A stretch of DNA of 55,604 nucleotides. It comes from Bacteroidaceae bacterium. GTDB lineage: Bacteria > Bacillota_I > Bacilli_A > RF39 > UBA660. This document shows positions 39,158 through 47,345 of the stretch, piece after piece. Below the pieces are notes generated by a model that ran no database searches, was not told the origin of the DNA, and was given only the letters and a program-made list of their open reading frames with translations. Location of the stretch: assembly GCA_963616135.1 (NCBI GenBank), contig CAVEJT010000002.1, positions 1 through 55,604 on the forward strand, read 5' to 3'. The translations under genes and the position numbers were made by a program. How positions within the stretch are numbered: the first letter of the stretch is position 1; every line of letters begins with the position of its first letter.

Positions 39158-42100
39158 ATGAAATTTAAAGAATTAGATAAAAGAAAAAATAGTGATGTAG
39201 AAAGTGATTTAACTGAAAAATTTATTAAAGAGGATTTATTGGAACAAACAATAGAAAATAGAAAAAATAGTGAGAACTTTGTATTTTATGATGGTCCAGC
39301 TACTGCAAATGGAATGCCAGGTATTCATCATATGCTTGCTAAATTATTAAAAGATACATATTGTAAATATAAAACTATGCAAGGATTTAGAGTACTTAGA
39401 AAAGTAGGATGGGATACACATGGATTACCAGTTGAAGTTCAAGTTGAAAAAGAATTAGGTTTTAATGGTAAAGGTGATATTGAAAAATATGGAATAAAAG
39501 CATTTAATGAAAAATGTAGAGAAAGTGTTTGGAAAAATGAAGCTGCTTTTAAGGATTTTACTAATAAGATGGGACAATTCATTGATTTAAAACATCCATA
39601 TATTACATATGATAATAATTATATTGAAACTGAATGGTGGATATTAAAGAAATTTTTTGATGAAGGACTAATTTATAATGGACTTAAAATACTTCCATAT
39701 TGTCCTAGATGTGGTACTGGTCTTGCAAGTCATGAGGTTGCTCAAGGATATAAAGAAATAACTGTTAATACAGTTACAGTACCATTTAAAGTAAAAAATC
39801 AAGATAATACATATTTACTTATATGGACAACTACTCCTTGGACACTTATGTCAAATGTTGCTGCTTGTGTAAATCCTAATGAAGTTTATGTAAAATGTTT
39901 ATCTAAAGGATATAATTTTATAGTAGCAGAAAAATTAGCAAACAAAGTATTAGGTGATGATTACGAAGTAGTAGAAAAATATAAAGGAAAAGATTTAGAG
40001 TATTTAGAATATGAACAATACTTAGATTTCTTAAAAGTAAATAAAAAAGCATTTTTTGTAACTTGTGCAGATTATGTAACTATGGAAGATGGTACTGGTA
40101 TAGTTCATATGGCTCCAGCATTTGGACAAGATGATTATGAAGTTGGACTTAAATATGATTTACCTATGTTAAATCCAGTTGATGAAAATGGTTGTTATAA
40201 AGAGGGACCTTGGAAGGGAAGACTTGTAGTAGATCCAGAGTTAGAAATAGAAATAATTAAATACTTATCAAGTCACGATAAATTATTTAAAAAACAAAAA
40301 ATGGTTCATAATTATCCACATTGTTGGAGATGTAAAACACCATTAGTTTATTATTCTAAACCAAGTTTATATATAAAAGTAACTGACTTTAAAGATAAAA
40401 TAATTGAAGCTAATAAGACAGTTAATTGGCACCCAGATTATGTAGGAGAAAAAAGATTTGGTAATTGGCTAGATAATTTAAATGATTGGGCAATATCACG
40501 TAATAGATATTGGGGTACCCCAATTCCTTTATGGGAATGTGAATGTGGTCATAAAGAAATGATAGGTTCACGTAAAGAATTAGTAGAAAAATCTATTGAA
40601 GATATTGATGAGACTATAGAACTTCATAGACCTTATGTAGATGATGTACATATTAAATGTAGTAAATGTGGTAAGGCTATGACAAGAATAACTGAAGTTA
40701 TAGATTGTTGGTTTGATTCTGGTTCTATGCCATTCGCACAATATCATTATCCATTTGAAAACAAAGAATTGTTTGAATCTCAATTTCCAGCTGATTTTAT
40801 AAGTGAGGGAATAGATCAAACAAGAGGTTGGTTTTATTCATTACTTGTTATATCAACTTTTGTAACAGGTAAAAGTCCTTATAAAAATGTACTTGTAAAC
40901 GATTTAATTACTGATAAATTTGGTCATAAAATGCATAAAAGTAAAGGTAATGCAGTAGAACCTTTTACAGTAATAAAGAAATATGGTGCTGATCCTATTA
41001 GATGGTATATGTTATATACATCACCAGTATGGACACCACTTAGATTTGATGAAGATGGTATAAAAGAAGTACAATCAAAATTCTTTAATACTTTAAAAAA
41101 TACATATGCATTCTTTAGTATGTATGCTAATATAGATAATATAGATCCAAAAGAATATGATATAAAATATGAAGATATGGAAGAAATAGATAAATGGTTA
41201 TTATCTAAATATAATAAATTAGTAAGAAAAGTAACTAATAGTATGGATAATTATGATTTAACTACAAGTGTTAGAGAAATACAAAACTTTGTAGCAGAAG
41301 ATTTATCTAATTGGTATATTAGAAGAAATAGAAGAAGATTTTGGGCTTCAATTAACGATACATCAAAGCTTGCAGTATATAAAGTAACATATGATGTACT
41401 TGTAGGTGTTTGTAAACTTATCGCACCATTCGCACCATTTACATCAGAAGAGATATATACTAAATTAACAGGTAATAAATCAGTACATTTAGCCGATTAT
41501 CCAAAATGTGATGAGACATTAATAAATGAAAAGATTGAATCTAGAATGGATTTAGTAAGAGATTTAATAAGTCTTGGAAGAAATATAAGAGAAGAAGTAA
41601 AAATTAAAGTAAGACAACCTTTAACAGAAGCATTATTGGATGCTAAAAATAAATCATTAATAAGTGATTTAGTTGATTTGATAAAGGAAGAATTAAATGT
41701 TAAAGAAGTTAAATTTATTAGTGATGTAGAAAACTATATGAATTTTACTGTTAAACCAAACTTTAAAGAAGTAGGAAGAACATTTGGACCTCTTATAAAA
41801 GAATTCCAAGAAAAATTATTAAATTTATCTACAGAAGATATAAGCAAACTTCAAAATAATGAAATAATTAAAATGACAATAGGAGATAAAGAATGGGATA
41901 TAACACATTCTATGGTAGATATAAGAACAAATTCAAAAGAAGGATTCGATGTAGCTACAGACTCTAATAATTTCATTATAATTAATACTGAACTTACTAA
42001 TGATTTAATTATGGAAGGTATAGCGCGTGAACTTGTATCTAAGGTACAAAATATGAGAAAAGCTAAAGATTTTGATATAGCTGATCGTATAACACTTTAT

Positions 42101-42256
42101 TATAATGGTGATGATGAGGTAACAGAAGCTGTATCTGAGTTTGAAGAATTTATAAAAAATGAAACCTTATCAGTAGACATAGTAGTTAAATTCAATCTAA
42201 CTGAAGAAGTTGATTTAAATGGTCATATGACTTATATAGATGTAGAAAAAGTTTAA
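39158..42256 (+). CDS. ileS: isoleucine--tRNA ligase, type 2 (eukaryote-like, ~1030 aa)
   Basis: FYDGPATANGMPGIHHMLAK (HIGH region), KMHKSKGN (KMSKS), and editing-domain TTPWTL. The length and N-terminus fit type-2 IleRS. Confidence 0.97.
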   Translation: MKFKELDKRKNSDVESDLTEKFIKEDLLEQTIENRKNSENFVFYDGPATANGMPGIHHMLAKLLKDTYCKYKTMQGFRVLRKVGWDTHGLPVEVQVEKELGFNGKGDIEKYGIKAFNEKCRESVWKNEAAFKDFTNKMGQFIDLKHPYITYDNNYIETEWWILKKFFDEGLIYNGLKILPYCPRCGTGLASHEVAQGYKEITVNTVTVPFKVKNQDNTYLLIWTTTPWTLMSNVAACVNPNEVYVKCLSKGYNFIVAEKLANKVLGDDYEVVEKYKGKDLEYLEYEQYLDFLKVNKKAFFVTCADYVTMEDGTGIVHMAPAFGQDDYEVGLKYDLPMLNPVDENGCYKEGPWKGRLVVDPELEIEIIKYLSSHDKLFKKQKMVHNYPHCWRCKTPLVYYSKPSLYIKVTDFKDKIIEANKTVNWHPDYVGEKRFGNWLDNLNDWAISRNRYWGTPIPLWECECGHKEMIGSRKELVEKSIEDIDETIELHRPYVDDVHIKCSKCGKAMTRITEVIDCWFDSGSMPFAQYHYPFENKELFESQFPADFISEGIDQTRGWFYSLLVISTFVTGKSPYKNVLVNDLITDKFGHKMHKSKGNAVEPFTVIKKYGADPIRWYMLYTSPVWTPLRFDEDGIKEVQSKFFNTLKNTYAFFSMYANIDNIDPKEYDIKYEDMEEIDKWLLSKYNKLVRKVTNSMDNYDLTTSVREIQNFVAEDLSNWYIRRNRRRFWASINDTSKLAVYKVTYDVLVGVCKLIAPFAPFTSEEIYTKLTGNKSVHLADYPKCDETLINEKIESRMDLVRDLISLGRNIREEVKIKVRQPLTEALLDAKNKSLISDLVDLIKEELNVKEVKFISDVENYMNFTVKPNFKEVGRTFGPLIKEFQEKLLNLSTEDISKLQNNEIIKMTIGDKEWDITHSMVDIRTNSKEGFDVATDSNNFIIINTELTNDLIMEGIARELVSKVQNMRKAKDFDIADRITLYYNGDDEVTEAVSEFEEFIKNETLSVDIVVKFNLTEEVDLNGHMTYIDVEKV

Positions 42257-42258
42257 TA

Positions 42259-42287
42259 TTGACTAATAAAACATAATAATATATAAT
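42259..42287 (+). promoter_or_regulatory. near-consensus sigma-A promoter TTGACT-17-TATAAT
   Basis: TTGACT at 42259-42264 and TATAAT at 42282-42287, starting 3 nt after the ileS stop. Confidence 0.6.
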
Positions 42288-42354
42288 TAACATAGTAAAG
42301 GTAGTGGTAGTATGATGAAGATATCATTAAGAAAAATCAATAAAAATAACACCT

Positions 42355-42364
42355 GGGGGGGGGG
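42355..42364 (+). repeat. G10 homopolymer tract
   Basis: cctGGGGGGGGGGtatc read directly. I noticed no other G or C run of comparable length in the window. Confidence 0.95.
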
Positions 42365-42400
42365 TATCTAGTTATACTATAATACTATTAGAATATACAA

Positions 42401-42448
42401 ACACAAAGATCTAGAGAATAAAACTCTAGGTTTCTTTGTGTTTTTTTT
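42401..42448 (+). terminator. intrinsic terminator / attenuator upstream of the pilin-like gene
   Basis: Stems acacaaa/tttgtgt and ctagag/ctctag with a small internal loop, then T8. Confidence 0.7.
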
Positions 42449-42488
42449 ACATACCTTTACAAAAGTAAAACAAAGGAGGAGGAAATAT

Positions 42489-43634
42489 ATGAAAAGAAAA
42501 GGATTTACATTAATAGAATTACTAGCAGTCATAGTAGTGCTAGCAATCATTGCACTTATAGCAACACCAATAGTACTAAATATAATAGAGAATAGTAAAG
42601 ATTCAAGTAATAAAAGAAGCATAGAATTATATGGAAGTGCGGTAGAACAAGCAGTAGCAAGAGAAGAAATAAATGGTAATGCTTTACCTAGCGGAAAGTA
42701 TACGACAGAAGATGGTAAAACATTGAAACAAGGTGATATAGAATTCGAAGTAGATTATAAAGGATCTAAAGTAGTATGTGATGTGAATATAACGAGTGAT
42801 GGAGAGGTATCATTAAAGAATTGTAAAGTAAATGGAAAAGCAACAGAATATACATATGGGGATGATGAAATTCCAACACCAAAATCATTTGGAGAAGATT
42901 CTTGGGAAACAATAGTAGCAAATGTCAAAGCAGGAAATACAAGTGCATATAAAGTAGGAGATACAAAGGAAATTAAACTAGAAGGTTTTACAAATGAAGA
43001 AGAAAATAGTAATGGATTATATACAATAAGAATAACAAACAATTCAACACCAGAAGAATGCAATACAGAAGGTTTTTCACAAACAGCATGTGGATTTGTA
43101 ATAGAATTTGTAGATATAATAACAAGACGTAAAATGAATCCATCAGGAAAATATAAAGGGACACAATATGGCTTTGGATGGAATGTAGATGGATGGCCAG
43201 CAAGTGAAATGAGAACATATGTAAATAATAATATATATAATGCATTGCCAGAAGGATTAAAAGAAAATATAATAAATACAAAAGTAGTATCAAGTCATGG
43301 TTCTACAAGTGGAGAGACAAATTTTACATCAGAAGATAAAATATATTTATTATCAACAAAAGAAGTATGGGGAAAAGAAGGAACAACTGATACAATAAAT
43401 TATGATACAGCAGAATCAGAGACAAGACAATTAGATTATTATAAGGCAAATGGAGTAACAACAGCAAATTATTCAGGAGCAATTAAGAACTATAATGGAA
43501 GTCCAGGGTATTGGTGGCTTCGTTCTGCTTATTCCTATTATAATTACAAGTTCTACGACGTGAGCCTCATTGGCCTTTGGAACACCACCAATGCTAGTGA
43601 TGGCAATGGCGTGGCTGTGGCTTTCCGAATTTAG
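42489..43634 (+). CDS. prepilin-type N-terminal domain protein with a large C-terminal WWLRS-type (DUF6273-like, lectin-fold-like) domain
   Basis: KRKG|FTLIELLAVIVVLAIIALIATP signal. C-terminal EDKIYLLSTKEVWG...GYWWLRSAYS...GVAVAFRI. AAAGGAGGAGG RBS. The track ORF start at 42438 is over-extended. Confidence 0.8.
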   Translation: MKRKGFTLIELLAVIVVLAIIALIATPIVLNIIENSKDSSNKRSIELYGSAVEQAVAREEINGNALPSGKYTTEDGKTLKQGDIEFEVDYKGSKVVCDVNITSDGEVSLKNCKVNGKATEYTYGDDEIPTPKSFGEDSWETIVANVKAGNTSAYKVGDTKEIKLEGFTNEEENSNGLYTIRITNNSTPEECNTEGFSQTACGFVIEFVDIITRRKMNPSGKYKGTQYGFGWNVDGWPASEMRTYVNNNIYNALPEGLKENIINTKVVSSHGSTSGETNFTSEDKIYLLSTKEVWGKEGTTDTINYDTAESETRQLDYYKANGVTTANYSGAIKNYNGSPGYWWLRSAYSYYNYKFYDVSLIGLWNTTNASDGNGVAVAFRI

Positions 43635-43695
43635 TATCGATTAAAAGTATTTGGATTTTTTAAAAGAAATGTAATAGAACAAAAAGATAACAAAC

Positions 43696-43722
43696 AAAAA
43701 TAGTGTCTAACACTATTTTTTT
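43696..43722. terminator. bidirectional intrinsic terminator shared by the pilin-like gene and rodA
   Basis: atagtgt-cta-acactat stem with a flanking A-run and T-run. Confidence 0.65.
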
Positions 43723-44848
43723 AATTTCTATATCTTATATTTTCATTTGATATATTAAATATTATTCCTGCCATAATCATATAACTTAAAAGACTTGATC
43801 CACCATAACTTATAAATGGTAGTGTAATACCTGTAATAGGCATAAGACCTAAAGTCATACCAATATTTTGTAATTGTTGATATATAAGCATACCAATAAT
43901 ACCACTTATAACGTATTTATTTATATTATTTGGATTTTCAACTGCTAATTTAATTAGTCTTAAATCAAAAAAAGTAATAAGTCCTAAAAGACATATAGAA
44001 CCAATAAAACCAAAGTTATTAGCAAATACAGCAAATATAAAATCTGTTTGAGGTTCTGGAAAATATATTGGGGTATTATTAATTCCATAACCTAGCATAC
44101 CACCACTACCAATAGAGGTAATACCATTTTCAAGTTGATATCCACTACCACTTGACCAATCTAATAATCTATCTACTCTAAGAAAGAAAGAGGTACCAAA
44201 TATTTTAATAAATAAGTCAGTATTAACAAAGTATGTAATAAGTATGATACCAATTATAACACCAAATATACCAAACAATATAGCAAACCATCTATATCTA
44301 ATTCCAGATACAAAAAGCATTACTAAAGTAATTAACAAATAAATAAGTACAACACCAGTATCAGGTTGCAAGAACGTAAGAATAGCAGGTATACCTACAA
44401 CAATACATACTTTGAGTAAAAATTTAAATTCTTCTGCTATAGTAGGATCTGGGTAATCTTCTTTAAAATTGTTAATCATTCTACCGTTAATAATAATTAA
44501 TATAATTTTCATAAATTCACTAGGTTGAATATTACCAATACCTTTAATTTTAAACCAACAACGAGCATTATTGATATCAGCACCCCAAAATAATACTAAT
44601 ATTAGTGAGATAACTCCTATTATATATAGTATCCAAGCATTTTTATACAGAAAGTTATTACCTGCAATCATGACTAAATAAATGATTATAAATCCGATAG
44701 AATACCAAAGTACTTGTTTTAACATTAAATTAGTTTCTTCACCTAGTAAATTTTGAGCACTCCCAATAGTTATAATACTTATTAAAGCAAATAAAACTAT
44801 ACATAAAAATATACCAATATCCACTTTAAATCTTGATATGTTTTTCAT
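43721..44848 (-). CDS. rodA: SEDS family peptidoglycan glycosyltransferase (RodA/FtsW)
   Basis: ~10 TM protein. QPSEFMK, TDFIFA, PITGITLPFISYGGSS motifs. Confidence 0.9.
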   Translation of the reverse strand: MKNISRFKVDIGIFLCIVLFALISIITIGSAQNLLGEETNLMLKQVLWYSIGFIIIYLVMIAGNNFLYKNAWILYIIGVISLILVLFWGADINNARCWFKIKGIGNIQPSEFMKIILIIINGRMINNFKEDYPDPTIAEEFKFLLKVCIVVGIPAILTFLQPDTGVVLIYLLITLVMLFVSGIRYRWFAILFGIFGVIIGIILITYFVNTDLFIKIFGTSFFLRVDRLLDWSSGSGYQLENGITSIGSGGMLGYGINNTPIYFPEPQTDFIFAVFANNFGFIGSICLLGLITFFDLRLIKLAVENPNNINKYVISGIIGMLIYQQLQNIGMTLGLMPITGITLPFISYGGSSLLSYMIMAGIIFNISNENIRYRN

Positions 44849-44951
44849 AACACCACCATTTATTATCTTACACTATTTATGGTTTTTATACAATAAAAAC
44901 TTAAATATTTATTTTTTTTAAATTTTATAGTATAATTATATTGGTGATTTA

Positions 44952-45263
44952 ATGAGAATAGAATATATAATAGTAATATTAGTATGTTTAGTAATCGCAA
45001 TTGCAATTGCACGTTCTAAGAAAAAAGATTTTAAATTAGAGGCAAATAAACTAATAATGCTTTTGGGTGGTAAGGATAATGTTATTGATTATGAATTTAA
45101 TAAATCTAGATTTGTAGTAACACTTAAAGATATATCTAAAGCAAATAAAGAGGGTATACAAAGAATGGGAGCTCAAGGAATAGTAGAAATTGATAATCAA
45201 TTAAAAATTATTTTAGGTAGTGATGCTAAACAAATAAAAAAATATATTAATGAATTAAAGTGA
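44952..45263 (+). CDS. membrane-anchored PTS EIIB-like domain protein lacking the phospho-Cys
   Basis: N-terminal TM. LLGGKDNVIDYEFNKSRFVVTLKD aligns with the EIIB(Glc) GGxxNI..xxHCxTRLR signature, with Asn in place of the catalytic Cys. Confidence 0.55.
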   Translation: MRIEYIIVILVCLVIAIAIARSKKKDFKLEANKLIMLLGGKDNVIDYEFNKSRFVVTLKDISKANKEGIQRMGAQGIVEIDNQLKIILGSDAKQIKKYINELK

Positions 45264-45266
45264 TAT

Positions 45267-45303
45267 TTCGTCACTTTTTTTCATATTTCGACAAAATTCG
45301 ACA
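45267..45303 (+). promoter_or_regulatory. three Spo0A-box matches (TGNCGAA on the bottom strand)
   Basis: TTCGTCA at 45267-45273, TTCGACA at 45287-45293 and TTCGACA at 45297-45303. A TATACT -10 candidate lies at 45315-45320. Confidence 0.5.
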
Positions 45304-45336
45304 AAATAATTTAATATACTTATATTGGGTGATATA

Positions 45337-46560
45337 ATGAATTTATTTCAAATAGTGTTGTTAGATGTTATATTATTATTATTTCCAATACTTGTTTATT
45401 TAATTTATTTATCTACAAATAAAAACATAAAAGTAAAAAATAAAAAATTATATAGTTCACTTATGCTAATTTCATCTTTTTTTCTGGTTTTAAAATATGG
45501 TATAAATGAGCCTAAAGTTGTACCAATACTGGTACTTAATACAGTAGTTTTAATAGCATATATAGAAGATAAATGGATACTTGCTAATGCACTTGGATTA
45601 TGTATACTTGTAATTCATAGAAGTTATGTAAATTATATTTATTTTTTAATAATACTTTATATAATATTAGGATTATTATATTTAGTTAAAAAGTATAATA
45701 AATTAAATAATATAGTTTTTTTAGAAGCATTTATACTACTAAGTAGTTTAGTATATTTGTTATGGTTAAATATATTTAATTCATATTTATATCAAATGAA
45801 TGAAATAATACTTTCGATATCAGCTTACTTTTTCATTTTAAATATATTATATTTAATGTATGAAATTGGTAGAGGTATTATGAGTACACATACAACATTT
45901 AAAGAATTACAACAAGAAAAACAAATAAGATTATCATTATTTAAAATAACACATGAAATAAAGAATCCAATAGCGGTATGTAAAGGTTATTTGGATATGA
46001 TTAATGTAAGAGATCAAAGACAAGTAGAAAGATATATACCTATAATAAAATCAGAAATAGAAAGATTACTTTCAATATTAGAAGATTTTTTACTCATAAA
46101 TAAAAGTAATCTTAATAAAGATATAATGGATATAAATATGCTTTTAGAAGATACATTAGATAAAGTAAAACCTCTGTTAAAAGAAAAAAATATAGATGTA
46201 AATATGGATACTAGTGAAGATGAAGTATTTATTAATGGTGATTATAATAGATTAAGTCAAGTATTAATAAATCTTATTAAAAATAGTATTGAATCAATAA
46301 GTGATAATGGACTTATAACATTTACAAGTAAAATAAATAATAATAAGTATAATTTAGTTATAAGCGATAATGGCTGTGGAATGACTGAAGAAGTATTAGA
46401 TAAAATAAAAGACCCTTTCTTTACAACAAAAAAAAGAGGATCTGGACTTGGAGTAGCTCTTATATATGAAATAATAGAGGCACATAATGGAAGTATTAAT
46501 TATGAATCTGAATATAATATAGGTACTAAAGTAACAATTACATTACCACTTTATGAATAA
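45337..46560 (+). CDS. orphan sensor histidine kinase with a polytopic N-terminal domain
   Basis: About 5-6 TM, H-box ITHEIKNPIAV, N-box LINLIKNSIES, G-boxes DNGCGM and GSGLGV. No adjacent response regulator. Confidence 0.85.
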   Translation: MNLFQIVLLDVILLLFPILVYLIYLSTNKNIKVKNKKLYSSLMLISSFFLVLKYGINEPKVVPILVLNTVVLIAYIEDKWILANALGLCILVIHRSYVNYIYFLIILYIILGLLYLVKKYNKLNNIVFLEAFILLSSLVYLLWLNIFNSYLYQMNEIILSISAYFFILNILYLMYEIGRGIMSTHTTFKELQQEKQIRLSLFKITHEIKNPIAVCKGYLDMINVRDQRQVERYIPIIKSEIERLLSILEDFLLINKSNLNKDIMDINMLLEDTLDKVKPLLKEKNIDVNMDTSEDEVFINGDYNRLSQVLINLIKNSIESISDNGLITFTSKINNNKYNLVISDNGCGMTEEVLDKIKDPFFTTKKRGSGLGVALIYEIIEAHNGSINYESEYNIGTKVTITLPLYE

Positions 46561-46636
46561 ATGTAAATAAGAGATTATTTTAATTAATAATCTTTTTATT
46601 TTTTATCAAAAATAGTATAATTAAGGTGGTGATAGT

Positions 46637-47311
46637 ATGAAGGGTAAATTAATAGTAATAGAAGGAACTGATTGTAGTGGTAAAGAAACACAAACAAAGT
46701 TATTGGTTGAAAAATTAGAAAAATTAAATAAAAAGTGTGTAAGATTTAGTTTTCCAAATTATGATAGCCCTACAGGTAAAATAGTAGGTGGACCTTATCT
46801 AGGAAAATCGTATATATGTAAAGGATGGTTTAATGAAGGGGCAGTTAATGTAGATCCAAAAGTTTCATCACTTTATTATGCAGCGGATAGAAAATATAAT
46901 ATTGATAAAATAGAAGAAATGTTAAATCAAGGTATTAATGTTATATTAGATAGGTATATATATTCTAATTTAGCTCATCAGGGTGGAAAAATAAAAGACA
47001 AAGAAGAAAGAATAAAAATGTATAAATGGTTAGAGAAATTAGAATTTGATTTACTTGAACTTCCACATGCTGATATAAAAGTTTTTTTGCACATGCCATA
47101 TGAAGTATCTTTAATATTAAAAAAAGATAGGGAAGAGGCTATGGATGAGCATGAGGCATCAAAAGAACATTTGCTTTTGGCAGAGGATGCATATAAAGAA
47201 ATAGCCAAAATGTATGATTTTAAAACTATTGAATGTAATGATAAAAATGTACCTAGAAAAATAGAAAAAATTAATGAAGATTTATTTACTTATGTAAGTT
47301 CAAATTTGTAA
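46637..47311 (+). CDS. tmk: dTMP (thymidylate) kinase
   Basis: IVIEGTDCSGKETQ P-loop and a DRY motif. Confidence 0.88.
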   Translation: MKGKLIVIEGTDCSGKETQTKLLVEKLEKLNKKCVRFSFPNYDSPTGKIVGGPYLGKSYICKGWFNEGAVNVDPKVSSLYYAADRKYNIDKIEEMLNQGINVILDRYIYSNLAHQGGKIKDKEERIKMYKWLEKLEFDLLELPHADIKVFLHMPYEVSLILKKDREEAMDEHEASKEHLLLAEDAYKEIAKMYDFKTIECNDKNVPRKIEKINEDLFTYVSSNL

Positions 47312-47345
47312 TATTTTAATAGGTGTGGTATAATTATCGAGTTGA

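Noticed and set aside
42290-42448. c-di-GMP riboswitch controlling the pilin-like gene, by analogy with C. difficile pilA1
   Set aside because: I could not find the conserved GEMM-I or c-di-GMP-II core sequences by eye. The element is very AT-rich apart from the G10 run. It is left as an unclassified leader.
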